A stretch of DNA of 64,000 bases from Spirochaetia bacterium (GTDB lineage Bacteria; Spirochaetota; Spirochaetia; SZUA-6; Bin103). A program made the translations under genes and the position numbers. A model generated the notes under the pieces. It was given only the letters and a program-made list of their open reading frames with translations, was not told where the DNA came from and ran no database searches. Below, piece after piece: positions 1-9,529 of this stretch (the first letter of the stretch is position 1; every line of letters begins with the position of its first letter). Location: positions 4,704,001 through 4,768,000 of the forward strand of contig CBDBDQ010000005.1 of NCBI GenBank assembly GCA_965203905.1, read 5' to 3'.

Positions 1-678
1 ATCTCCCTGGCCACCCTGGTGTTCACCTACCTGCTGGCGATTCCGATCGGCATCTACTCCGCCACCCACCAATACTCGGTCGGCGACTACACCTTCACCA
101 CCGTCGGCTTCATCGGGCTGGCGACCCCCAACTTCCTGCTGGCGCTGATCCTGATGTTCCTGTTCTTCAAGTACCTGGGGCTGAGCGTGGGCGGCCTGTT
201 CTCGCCCGAGTACCTGGGCGAACCGTGGTCGCTGGCAAAGGTATTTGACCTGATCCGCCACCTGCCGATTCCGATCATCGTGGTCGGCACGGCGGGAACC
301 GCGGCCATCATCCGCATCATGCGCGGCTCGCTGCTGGACGAGCTGCGGCGCCAGTACGTGATCACCGCCCGCGCAAAGGGGCTGAAGGAGCGGGCGCTGC
401 TGTTCAAGTACCCGGTGCGGGTGGCGGTGAATCCTATCGTCAGCACCATCGGCTGGGCGCTGCCGGGCACCATTTCCGGGGCCACCATCACCGCCATCGT
501 GCTCAGTCTGCCCACCGCGGGGCCGCTGCTGCTGCGCTCGCTGCGGTCGCAGGACATGTACCTGGCGGCCAGCGTGGTGATGATTCTGAGCGCCATGACC
601 ATCGTCGGCACCTTTCTGTCCGACCTGCTGCTGGCCTGGGTCGACCCACGCATCCGCTTCGAGCGCAGCCGCACGTAA
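1..678 (+). CDS. Peptide/nickel ABC transporter permease (OppB/DppB-like), 5'-partial
   Basis: Frame open from base 1; hydrophobic segments; EAA-like loop YVITARAKGL; ends DPRIRF. Confidence 0.93.
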   Translation: MSLATLVFTYLLAIPIGIYSATHQYSVGDYTFTTVGFIGLATPNFLLALILMFLFFKYLGLSVGGLFSPEYLGEPWSLAKVFDLIRHLPIPIIVVGTAGTAAIIRIMRGSLLDELRRQYVITARAKGLKERALLFKYPVRVAVNPIVSTIGWALPGTISGATITAIVLSLPTAGPLLLRSLRSQDMYLAASVVMILSAMTIVGTFLSDLLLAWVDPRIRFERSRT

Positions 679-1802
679 TGAGCGCTACCGACTCCACCAC
701 CGCTACCGCCGCCGCCGAGCGACGCGAGGAGCGCTACTACCTGGCCTCCCAGTGGCAGCTCGCCTGGCGCAAGTTCCGCGGCCACCGCCTCGCCATCGCC
801 GGCGGCTGGGTGCTGGCGGCGTTCTACGTGCTGGCGCTGTGCGCCGACTTCATCGCCCCCTACGACGTGGATCTGCGCAGCTCCTTCATCTACATGCCGC
901 CGCAGCGGGTGCGGGTGCTGGCCGACGGCCGGCTGCATGCCCCGTTCGTGTACGCCACCACCAGCGCGGTCGACATGCAGAGCTTCGCCCGCACCTACAC
1001 CGAGGATACGAGCGCGCGCTACCCGGTGCGCCTGCTGGTGCGCGGCTACGAGTACCGACTGTTGGGCCTCATCCCGACCCGCATCCACCTGTTCGGGGTG
1101 GAGGAGCCGGCCACGCTGTTCCTGTTCGGCACCGACAACCTGGGGCGCGATTTCTTTTCGCGGGTCATGCTCGCGGCGCGGGTGTCGCTCTCCATCGGCT
1201 TGGTGGGGGTGGCGCTGAGCTTCGTGCTCGGGGTGCTGTTAGGCGGCGTTTCCGGCTACTACGGCGGCACGGTGGACCTGTTCGTGCAGCGTCTCATCGA
1301 GTTCCTGCTCTCCATTCCCAAGATCCCGCTGTGGATGGCGCTGGCCGCGGCACTGCCGGTGGACTGGCCGGTGGTGAAGGTCTACTTCGGCATCACCATC
1401 ATTCTCTCGGTGATCGGCTGGACCGGGCTGGCGCGGGTGGTGCGCGGCAAGCTGCTGCAACTGCGCGAGGAGGACTACAGCACCGCCGCGGTGGTGGCGG
1501 GCGCGGCCGACTGGCAGATCATCCTGCGCCACCTGCTGCCGGGCTTCATGAGCTACCTGATCGTGACGCTGACGCTGGCGATCCCGGAGATGATCCTGGC
1601 CGAGACCGCGCTGAGCTTCCTGGGGATCGGTCTCAAGCCACCGGCGGTGAGCTGGGGCGTTCTGCTGCAGGATGCCCAGAACGTGCGTACCGTGGCGCTG
1701 TACCCGTGGCTGCTCCTGCCCGGGCTGTTCATCATCTTCACCGTGCTGGCGTTCAACTTCCTGGGCGACGGCGCCCGCGACGCCGCCGACCCCTACCGCT
1801 GA
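678..1802 (+). CDS. Peptide/nickel ABC transporter permease (OppC/DppC-like)
   Basis: FGTDNLGRD, ETALSFLGIG and FNFLGDGARDAADP motifs; TAATG overlap with the upstream gene. Confidence 0.95.
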   Translation: MSATDSTTATAAAERREERYYLASQWQLAWRKFRGHRLAIAGGWVLAAFYVLALCADFIAPYDVDLRSSFIYMPPQRVRVLADGRLHAPFVYATTSAVDMQSFARTYTEDTSARYPVRLLVRGYEYRLLGLIPTRIHLFGVEEPATLFLFGTDNLGRDFFSRVMLAARVSLSIGLVGVALSFVLGVLLGGVSGYYGGTVDLFVQRLIEFLLSIPKIPLWMALAAALPVDWPVVKVYFGITIILSVIGWTGLARVVRGKLLQLREEDYSTAAVVAGAADWQIILRHLLPGFMSYLIVTLTLAIPEMILAETALSFLGIGLKPPAVSWGVLLQDAQNVRTVALYPWLLLPGLFIIFTVLAFNFLGDGARDAADPYR

Positions 1803-3367
1803 CCCGTCTCGAAAGCTTCCCGGTAGAGCGCTTCGATCCGTCCGATCTCATCCTGGGTCAGCGCCGCGAATTCCTTCGTCCGGGCGCGGCGCGACAGTGT
1901 CCCGTTGTTCAGGCGCAGGAACCGGAACAGGAGGTCGGACACACGGTCAGGCATGTCGACGATCCGGTTCACTCCAGTGCGAAACGCATCGTACCGTCCC
2001 AGGAACTCGGCCTCGTTCGGCAGGTCGTGCTCGATGGTCCGCTGCACGCACCCGTAGAGGAATTCGGCGTGCGGTGTGGCATCGAAGAACCGGTAGAAGT
2101 CGGCCGTGTCGTTCAGCACGCGCACGTTGCCGTCTGCGGTCGGTTGCCAATCGACCACCGGCAGCAGTCTCCTGGAGTAATCCTCCAGCGTCGAGCGGTA
2201 CTCGCGGATCCGGTGCAGGATCGCGGAAGAGACGGGAAACGTCACGCCGGGAGGATTGAAGCCCCGCTCGGCCAGGACGTGGTGTACCAGGTAGCGGTGC
2301 ACTCTGCCGTTGCCGTCCTCGAAGGGGTGGATGTAGACGAAGCCGAACGCCAGGATCGCGGCGGCCAACACCGGGTCGAACTCGCGCGCTGCCTGGCGGT
2401 CGAAGGCGATCAGGCCGTCGACCAGTTGTTGCAGGTCTTCCGGCTTGGCACTTACGTGGCTGGGGATCGGCTGCCGAGTCTCGCGGTCCCGTTCGCCGAC
2501 AAAGCCGCCCTCGTTGCGCAAACCGAGCGGTACGAAGCGATCGTCGCCGATCACGATGCGCTGCAGCCGGCACAGTTCTGCGACGTCCAGCGGCTGCTTG
2601 CCCGCCTGGCCGATGGCGTGGCCCCAGCGCTGGATGCGGGCCTGTGGCGGCCGCTCACCTTCAATCGCGTAGCTCGCCCGGGAGTCGTCGAGCAGCAGAA
2701 ACGCGGCGGCTCGCGCCAGGAGGTCGCGGGGCACCGCCGCCGCGGCGGCGTGTGCTCGTGATTGCAGGTCGAGGGCGAGGAAGCGGTCCAGCCGCTCGGT
2801 ACGGAATACCAGCGGGCAGAATCCCGGCGTACCGGGGAGGTTGTTCTTGACGCGATGGCGGGAGGAATTCACGGCGCCAGCCACGAATTGGCGCTTGGGG
2901 TCGACCACCAGTGGATAGGCGCCGCGGTCGGCGTTCGGCAGGCCGAGCCGCCGGCCCGTGAGCCATTCGTAGAGGAACCAGATGCGCCGTGCGTAGGCAC
3001 CGGTCGGCGCGGCCCTGACGATCGCCTCTATCGGGGAGGGACCGCTGGCGGCAAACAGGCGCTTGAGCACTGCCAGATCAACTCCCTCATGTTTCAGGGC
3101 GAACGTGAGGTGGCCGTCCAGCCTCGGTGGCGGCGCGTACGAGGGTGAGTAGATCCGCCATCCGTCTTTCACCAGCGTGCGATGCCGCTCACCGGTGGCG
3201 CTCAGCGTGCGTGGGAGTGGTACGTTCAGGTCGAAGGCGTCGATGAGCGCGGCGTAGCCGGCTGGGGTGGCTGTTACCGGAAGGCTCTGTTCCCGAAAAA
3301 CGGTAACCGACCATGAAAAACGATACTTAGTGGACGTAGCTTGCAAGAAACAATAACTTGCCCTCAA
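1793..3367 (-). CDS. Fic family protein (start uncertain)
   Basis: Canonical Fic motif HPFEDGNGRVHR; long N-terminal region; convergent overlap with the oppC 3' end. Confidence 0.9.
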   Translation of the reverse strand: MRASYCFLQATSTKYRFSWSVTVFREQSLPVTATPAGYAALIDAFDLNVPLPRTLSATGERHRTLVKDGWRIYSPSYAPPPRLDGHLTFALKHEGVDLAVLKRLFAASGPSPIEAIVRAAPTGAYARRIWFLYEWLTGRRLGLPNADRGAYPLVVDPKRQFVAGAVNSSRHRVKNNLPGTPGFCPLVFRTERLDRFLALDLQSRAHAAAAAVPRDLLARAAAFLLLDDSRASYAIEGERPPQARIQRWGHAIGQAGKQPLDVAELCRLQRIVIGDDRFVPLGLRNEGGFVGERDRETRQPIPSHVSAKPEDLQQLVDGLIAFDRQAAREFDPVLAAAILAFGFVYIHPFEDGNGRVHRYLVHHVLAERGFNPPGVTFPVSSAILHRIREYRSTLEDYSRRLLPVVDWQPTADGNVRVLNDTADFYRFFDATPHAEFLYGCVQRTIEHDLPNEAEFLGRYDAFRTGVNRIVDMPDRVSDLLFRFLRLNNGTLSRRARTKEFAALTQDEIGRIEALYREAFETGQR

Positions 3368-3509
3368 TTGTAATAATTTACAAGGGCAATCTACAAAAAA
3401 CGAGACTGTCCGGTGGCACTGGTGTCACTATCGTCAACCCTGGCAACGGCTGACGTCGCTCACCGCTGTTCACGGCTGATCTGAACGTACTAGGCGCCGG
3501 CGGCGCCGC

Positions 3510-4352
3510 TCAGGCGGTGGTGGCCCGTGGCAGTTCCACTGCGGGGCGGCCGTTGCGGTCCACCCAGACACCGCACGGGCCGCCGCCAGCGCCTTTCTCC
3601 AGTGCCACCTCGTGGCCGTCCATGTCCAGCACGGGGAAGTAGTAGTGGGCTACCTGCCGGGCCTCGGCGGCGATGTAGTGGGCGATCAGCGCGCGGCGGA
3701 AGCGGGTGCGGCTGCGGTTGGGCAGGCTGCCGTGGATCACCTGGCCGTTGAAGAACAGCACGTCCCCCGGCTCCATGATCACGTCCTCGGGCTGGAGGCC
3801 CGGCGCAAGTGGCACGGTTACGTTGGTGAAGCTGGTGTCGTGGTCGGCCTGCTCCGCGCACAGCACCGGGGTGTCGCGGGTGCCCGGCACCACCTGCAGG
3901 CAGCCGGTCTCGCGGTCGCAGCGGTCCACGGCCATCCAGGCGGCGATGCAGGTGCCCGGCTGGACGCGCAGGTAGTACTGGTCCTGGTGCAGGGCCTGCC
4001 CGCGCGCCCCCGGCGGCTTGAAGTAGAACATGGTCTGCACGGCGTACGGGTCGCGCCCGGTCAGGGCGTTGAGCCAGGTTCGCAGGCGCGCGTCGAGCAG
4101 CCAGTCGCGGCTCACGCCGTCGTGCCGGTGCGGCTGCATGATGCGCGGATACACGGCCAGCGGGTCTTCGAGGTCGGTGATATCGTCACCGACGTGCAGG
4201 GTGCCGGCGGCAAGTTGGCCCTGGCGCATGGCCTCGAAGTGGGCGCGCAGGCGATCGGTCTCGCTGCGGCTGAACAGCCCCGCCACCACGGTGTATCCCT
4301 GCTCCTCGTAACACCGGATCAGGTCGGGATCGAGGGCGGTCGCAAGGCTCAT
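3510..4352 (-). CDS. Phytanoyl-CoA dioxygenase (PhyH) family Fe(II)/2-oxoglutarate oxygenase
   Basis: YEEQGY, HQD...HGS facial triad, GCLQVVPG, PGDVLFF; AGGAGG RBS before ATG 4352. Confidence 0.92.
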   Translation of the reverse strand: MSLATALDPDLIRCYEEQGYTVVAGLFSRSETDRLRAHFEAMRQGQLAAGTLHVGDDITDLEDPLAVYPRIMQPHRHDGVSRDWLLDARLRTWLNALTGRDPYAVQTMFYFKPPGARGQALHQDQYYLRVQPGTCIAAWMAVDRCDRETGCLQVVPGTRDTPVLCAEQADHDTSFTNVTVPLAPGLQPEDVIMEPGDVLFFNGQVIHGSLPNRSRTRFRRALIAHYIAAEARQVAHYYFPVLDMDGHEVALEKGAGGGPCGVWVDRNGRPAVELPRATTA

Positions 4353-4521
4353 GGTCTCCTCCTGGTGAACTTGACGCTGGGTTCCCGGCGCGAATGCTGC
4401 GCTACCGGCGTTCCGCAGCCGGAGGTGCCGCCAGCACGGCCAGCGGGCGTGCTGGCGCAGCATACGTCTCCCGTGGCGTGATCAACAATCCCCGGTCGAG
4501 GGCAGTCGAGGGCTCCGGGCT

Positions 4522-5451
4522 TCATGAGGTGCCTGATCGTGACGCCGACACGGACGTGATCTCCCGGATCACCTGCAGGATCTTTCGTACTCGCGGCGGG
4601 CTGTCGGTGCCGGGCGATCGTGCCGAGTCCAGCGCAAGGAGCTGCTTCCAGAGTGCCCAACCGCGCGCCCGCTGCCAGACGCCGCCGTCGAGTTGCAGGG
4701 TGGCGCGAAAGATCGCTCTGCTGTCCTCGTCGAGCAGAGTCCAGGCGACCGTCAGATCGCACGCGGGATCCCCCGCCGCCAACTGGCCGAAGTCGATGAC
4801 GGCATGCAGTTGCCCGTCCCGCACCAGCAGGTTGCCGGCGGTGACGTCACCATGCACCCACAACGGATTGCCCTTCCACCGCGATCCCAGCGCCCGGCGC
4901 CACGTTTCCAGCGCCGCAGTGTGATCGATGAGGTCGCCGTACCGATCAAGCAGTCGATCGGTTTCGGCTTGGTAGATGGCGAGATCCCCTCCGCGGTGGA
5001 AGTTCTCCGGCCCCGGTGCCGGGGCATCGGCGGCGTCCACGCCTTGCAGCGCAACCAGAAAGCTCGCGAGCCGGTGCGCAAAGTCGCGCAGGTCGCGAAT
5101 GTTCATCCGCGTGGCAGGCTCTCCGGGGATCCATCGGTTCAGTGCCCAATGCCAGGGGTAGCCTGCCCCAGGCGTCCCCAGAGCGACCGGCTGCGGTATC
5201 GGCAGGGGCAGATGGCCGGCCAGTCTCGGCAGCCACTCATGCTCGGTCAGCAGGCGGGGAGCGTAGCGGCTGGTGCTCGGCAGGCGGGCGCACAGTGAGC
5301 CGCCGACCCGAAAGGTGCGGTTGTCGTGGCCGCCTGGGACGACCGGTGCGACCGGCAATTCCCGATACCGGGGGAACTGCTCGCCAACCAGCCGGCGGAC
5401 GAGGTCCGCATCGATCGCAGTCGCTACGGCGTATTGGCGCCCGGAGCCCAC
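4522..5451 (-). CDS. Aminoglycoside phosphotransferase (APH)-family kinase
   Basis: GHDN, Brenner motif WVHGDVTAGNLL, VIDFG, GDPACDL. Confidence 0.9.
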   Translation of the reverse strand: MGSGRQYAVATAIDADLVRRLVGEQFPRYRELPVAPVVPGGHDNRTFRVGGSLCARLPSTSRYAPRLLTEHEWLPRLAGHLPLPIPQPVALGTPGAGYPWHWALNRWIPGEPATRMNIRDLRDFAHRLASFLVALQGVDAADAPAPGPENFHRGGDLAIYQAETDRLLDRYGDLIDHTAALETWRRALGSRWKGNPLWVHGDVTAGNLLVRDGQLHAVIDFGQLAAGDPACDLTVAWTLLDEDSRAIFRATLQLDGGVWQRARGWALWKQLLALDSARSPGTDSPPRVRKILQVIREITSVSASRSGTS

Positions 5452-5502
5452 GGGTTGATCAGGTCCAGGCCACAGGTAGCCTATCCGCCAGCCTGCGGCG
5501 GC

Positions 5503-7608
5503 TCAGCGGTTCGGAGCGGAGGGCGCCGCGAGCAGCACCAGCGAGCGTGCGCCGGCAGCATACGTCTCCTGCGGCGTGACCAACAATCCCCGGTCGACGC
5601 TGCTGATGTCGTCCGGCGGCCGCAGCGAGGTATCGATCACCCGCCGCCACGCTCCGCCGTGGGGGGCGGCCGGAACCGCGAACTCCCGCTCTGCGGCAGC
5701 GGCGTTGAGGACCAGGTACAGGTCGCCGGCGACGCTTCCCAGGCAGGCCGCCAGGGAGGACGCTCGGAGGCTCCAGTCGGGGGTGCCGCCGCTGGGGCCG
5801 AACCAGCGCACGCCTTCGTCGCGCGGCGCCGTCTCGGCGTAGAACGCGTCCCGCTGCAGCGCCGGGTGCGTGGCACGCAGGGCCGCCAGCGCCCGGCAGA
5901 AGCGGCCCAGCTCGGCGCCGCGCACGGTGGGCGTCCAGTCGAACCAGGACAGCTCGCTGTCCTGGCAGTAGGCGTTGTTGTTGCCCCGCTGCGTGCGCCC
6001 CAACTCGTCGCCGCCCAGCAGCAGCGGTGTGCCCAGGGAAAGGAACAGCGTGGCCAGCAGGTTCTTGCTCTGGCGCAGGCGCACGGCCAGAATCTCGGGA
6101 TCGTCGCTGGGACCCTCCACCCCGTAGTTGGCGCTCGGTTCGTGGTCGCTGCCGTCGCGGTTGCCCTCGCCGTTGGCGTGGTTGTGCTTGGCCGCGTAGC
6201 TCACCAGGTCGTTGAGGGTGAAGCCGTCGTGGGAGGTGATGAAGTTGACGCTGTGAAACGGCCGGCGCCCGTTGCCCTGGTACAGGTCGGAGCTGCCGGC
6301 GAGCCGGGTGGCGAGGTCGGCCGCCACCCCGTCGCCGCGCCAGAAACGGCGCACGTCGTCGCGGAAGCGGTCGTTGAGCTCGGCCCAGCGGTCGCCGGGA
6401 AACTTGCCCACCTGGTAGGCGCCCGCCGCGTCCCAGGCCTCGGCGATGATCTTGGTGTCGCGCAGCACGGGGTCTTCTCCGATCTGCTCCAGGATCGGGG
6501 TATTGGCGCTCAGGTTGCCGGAGCGGTCGCGGCCGAGCACCGACGCCAGATCGAAACGGAAGCCGTCGACGTGCATCTCCACCACCCAGTAGTGCAGGCA
6601 GTCCATGATCATGCGGCGCACCACCGGGTGGTTGCAGTTGAGGGTGTTGCGGCAGCCGGTGAAGTCGAGGTAGCGGCTGCGGTCGGCGCCGTCCAGCAGG
6701 TAGTAGATGCTGTTGTCCAGGCCGCGGTAGGAGAGGGTGGGGCCGCTGGCGTCGCCCTCGGGGGAATGGTTGAACACCATGTCCAGGATCACCTCGATCC
6801 CGGCGGCGTGCAGTTCCCGCACCATGTCCTTGAACTCGGTGACCTGGGCGCCGGGGGTGGTCGCGGAGCTGTACCGCCGCTTCGGTGCGAACAGGCCGAT
6901 CGGGTTGTAGCCCCAGTAGTTCACCAGCGGCTCTGCGTCCGGCGCCACCGCGCCGGCGGCGTACTCGTCCGACTCCTGTACCGGCAGCAACTGGACGGCT
7001 GTGACCCCCAGCGCCTGCAGGTGGGGGATGCGCTCGCACACGCCGCGAAAGGTGCCGGGGTGCGCCACTCCCGCGCTGGGATGAACGGTGAATCCGCGGA
7101 CGTGCACTTCGTAGATCAGGCTGCGCTGCAGCGGGTGCCGCGGGTGGCGTTCGCCGGCCCAGTCGAAGTCGTCGCGCACCACCACGCAGCGCGGTCGCAA
7201 AGCCGGTAACTCGGCCGCCCGCCGGCGCGCGGGGAGGGCGCCGGTGAATGCCTTGGCGTAGGGGTCGAACAGCGGCCGTGCCGGGTCGAAGCGATGTCCC
7301 TCGTCCGGCGCGAAGGGGCCGTCCACGCGGTACAGGTAACACCAGCCGGCGCCAACCCCCTCCACCAGGCCGTGCCAGATGTCCCCGGTCCGGTGTTCCT
7401 CCCGGCACAGGGGGAGCTCCGCGGTCGGCAGAGTAGCCTCCCCGTCTTCGAACAGGAGTAGCGTGACCGCGCTGGCGTGGCGGCTGAACAGCGCGAACTG
7501 GGTGCCGCCGTCGAGCACGGTGGCTCCCAGCGGCAGGGGGCGTCCACGGCTGATCACGGAGCGATAGGTACCACGCGCGCAGCCCGCGTGCAACGGCTTG
7601 ATCGCCAT
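5503..7608 (-). CDS. glgX: Glycogen debranching enzyme (isoamylase, GH13)
   Basis: PLGAT, IYEVHVRGFT, NYWGY, DMVFNH, DGFRFDLAS, AEAWD, HDGFTLND, GNNNAYCQD; start may be GTG 7557. Confidence 0.96.
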   Translation of the reverse strand: MAIKPLHAGCARGTYRSVISRGRPLPLGATVLDGGTQFALFSRHASAVTLLLFEDGEATLPTAELPLCREEHRTGDIWHGLVEGVGAGWCYLYRVDGPFAPDEGHRFDPARPLFDPYAKAFTGALPARRRAAELPALRPRCVVVRDDFDWAGERHPRHPLQRSLIYEVHVRGFTVHPSAGVAHPGTFRGVCERIPHLQALGVTAVQLLPVQESDEYAAGAVAPDAEPLVNYWGYNPIGLFAPKRRYSSATTPGAQVTEFKDMVRELHAAGIEVILDMVFNHSPEGDASGPTLSYRGLDNSIYYLLDGADRSRYLDFTGCRNTLNCNHPVVRRMIMDCLHYWVVEMHVDGFRFDLASVLGRDRSGNLSANTPILEQIGEDPVLRDTKIIAEAWDAAGAYQVGKFPGDRWAELNDRFRDDVRRFWRGDGVAADLATRLAGSSDLYQGNGRRPFHSVNFITSHDGFTLNDLVSYAAKHNHANGEGNRDGSDHEPSANYGVEGPSDDPEILAVRLRQSKNLLATLFLSLGTPLLLGGDELGRTQRGNNNAYCQDSELSWFDWTPTVRGAELGRFCRALAALRATHPALQRDAFYAETAPRDEGVRWFGPSGGTPDWSLRASSLAACLGSVAGDLYLVLNAAAAEREFAVPAAPHGGAWRRVIDTSLRPPDDISSVDRGLLVTPQETYAAGARSLVLLAAPSAPNR

Positions 7609-7679
7609 ACCGCGTCCGTTACCCGTTGGGTGGCGAGCGTCCGGTGGAGGTCTACGCCACGGGGGCATGCCTGGTCGAT

Positions 7680-7985
7680 CCGGACATCGGCTAGGCCGGA
7701 GACGTCGACACCGCCATGGCCATGCTGCACTTCCCGAGCGGCGCGCTGTGCATCATCGAGAACGGCCGCCGCTGCAGCTACGGCGCCGAGGACCGGGTCG
7801 AGGTGTTCGGCGCCCGCGGCCTGGTGCGCACGCAGACGCCTCCCGCCGGACACGTGCAGCGCTTGACTGCCGCGGGGATAGAGCGGGACCGATACACTGA
7901 CAACATCGGCTACGAGGGTTTTGCCGGCGCACTGGACGAGTTCATCGCCGCGGTGCAGGAGGGCCGCCCCGTGGTTGTCGGTGGC
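7680..7985 (+). pseudogene. C-terminal fragment of a Gfo/Idh/MocA (IolG-like) dehydrogenase
   Basis: GDVDTAMAMLHFPSGALCIIENGRRCSYGAEDRVEVFG resembles the IolG C-terminal domain; Rossmann N-terminus absent. Confidence 0.7.
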
Positions 7986-8178
7986 CGGATCATGGATCAT
8001 GGGGTACAACGTAGAGTGTGGTCACCGATACTTGGAGAGTGGCAAGAGCGATGGGCCACTGGATCGCGGACTTGGCTTGAGTGCCGTGGCCCGACCGAGA
8101 TTCTGCTCCTGGTCCTGACCGGGGCCCATGATCGTCTACTATGAGACTTGCGGCAGGACATACACGAACTGAGCACTG

Positions 8179-8658
8179 ATGGTCGCCAAACACTACACAG
8201 ACGAAGAACTTACGACACTCAGAGACATGCCAAAGAGGGTAACCAACCCACGGGCGCGCTGGTCCGAGAAACCGCGGTCGAATCCATCGCATCGTCAACG
8301 TACGTTTATCGTGCGCGGAGGCGAGGACGGGAGCCTGCGATTCCAGGTGTACCAACGTCAGAACCTCCACGACAAAAGCGATTTCTCATGCGGCATTTCA
8401 TACCATCCACAAGGGACCCCGCCATTGACACTGGCGCGCTACAACGGGCCGAGCCACCGGCATGGCGAAATCGCCTATCGTCCGCACGTACATCGTACCA
8501 CTGAACGCGCAATCGCAGCAGGTAAGAAGCCGGAATCCGAGGCAGAGGAGACTGACGGGTTCGATGATCTTGACGGCGCATTGGACCGTCTCATTGAGGA
8601 CTTCAATCTGAGCGGGGTCGAAGTGTCTCGCCACGCTCAGCAGGAGATGTTCACATGA
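8179..8658 (+). CDS. Conserved hypothetical protein, DUF6978-like
   Basis: LARYNGPSHRH...PHVH His-rich motif; lower GC; ATGA overlap with the next gene. Confidence 0.7.
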   Translation: MVAKHYTDEELTTLRDMPKRVTNPRARWSEKPRSNPSHRQRTFIVRGGEDGSLRFQVYQRQNLHDKSDFSCGISYHPQGTPPLTLARYNGPSHRHGEIAYRPHVHRTTERAIAAGKKPESEAEETDGFDDLDGALDRLIEDFNLSGVEVSRHAQQEMFT

Positions 8659-9434
8659 AGTTGGATGTACACTCATTGCAGCGATTACTCTGTGACCGCT
8701 TGTGTGTGGACGTGGGAGTTGAGAAGCGTCCCGACGATACGGTGATGCTGCGCACCCATTTCAGATTTCCCGATGGCGATAGCTACCAGATTCACCTCTC
8801 GGCAACGCCTTCAGGGGCGCTTCGCCTCTCTGACCGTGGTCACACGCTCATGCACATCAGCTATGACCATGACGTTGACTCGTTCGTGGAAGGATCACGA
8901 GGATTGCTCTTGGAACGAATCATGGATGAGAGTGGACTCCAGTGGGACGGAGGAGCATTCTGCTTCGATACGTCGCCTGAGCAACTTCCACAGGCCATGT
9001 TTACGTTCGGGCAAGCGTTAACGAAAATCTATGACCTCACTTTGCTCTCTCGTTCGAGTGTCGCTTCCACGTTCTACGATGACTTGACCGACTTGCTCTT
9101 CAGTGTGGTTGATGAGGCTAGAGTCCAACGTGATTACGAGCCCGCGGTGCCTAATTCGCAAGCCTACCTTGTGGACTACCGAATTGAGAGTAAAGGTGAA
9201 GTGCCTCTTTTCCTATATGGTGTTCCAAATCGTGACAAGGCACGGTTGGCGACCATTATGTTGTCCCACTTTCACCGACATGAGCTTCGATTCGAATCGC
9301 TTCTCGTATTTTCGGACCAAGCTTCCATCCCAAGATCGGATCTCGCTCGCCTCTCGGATGTAGGAGGTGAAATGATTTCCTCGCTGGCGTCGTACGAGTC
9401 TTTCAGTCGAAAGGTCTGGCAGCGCGTCACCTGA
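8655..9434 (+). CDS. DUF1828 domain-containing protein
   Basis: THFRFPDGD and LRLSDRGHTLMHISY N-terminal pattern; coupled to the upstream ORF. Confidence 0.75.
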   Translation: MKLDVHSLQRLLCDRLCVDVGVEKRPDDTVMLRTHFRFPDGDSYQIHLSATPSGALRLSDRGHTLMHISYDHDVDSFVEGSRGLLLERIMDESGLQWDGGAFCFDTSPEQLPQAMFTFGQALTKIYDLTLLSRSSVASTFYDDLTDLLFSVVDEARVQRDYEPAVPNSQAYLVDYRIESKGEVPLFLYGVPNRDKARLATIMLSHFHRHELRFESLLVFSDQASIPRSDLARLSDVGGEMISSLASYESFSRKVWQRVT

Positions 9435-9529
9435 TCGAGAGCGCGTAAGTCGATGTCGTCACCACGCACGCCACCACGCCCCGCGGTCGCGTAGACTTAC
9501 TGCAGCCGCGGGCTGCGGACGTCTCAGGC

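Noticed and set aside
4522-5451. Bona fide aminoglycoside resistance gene
   Set aside because: Only family-level kinase motifs are present; the substrate cannot be inferred.
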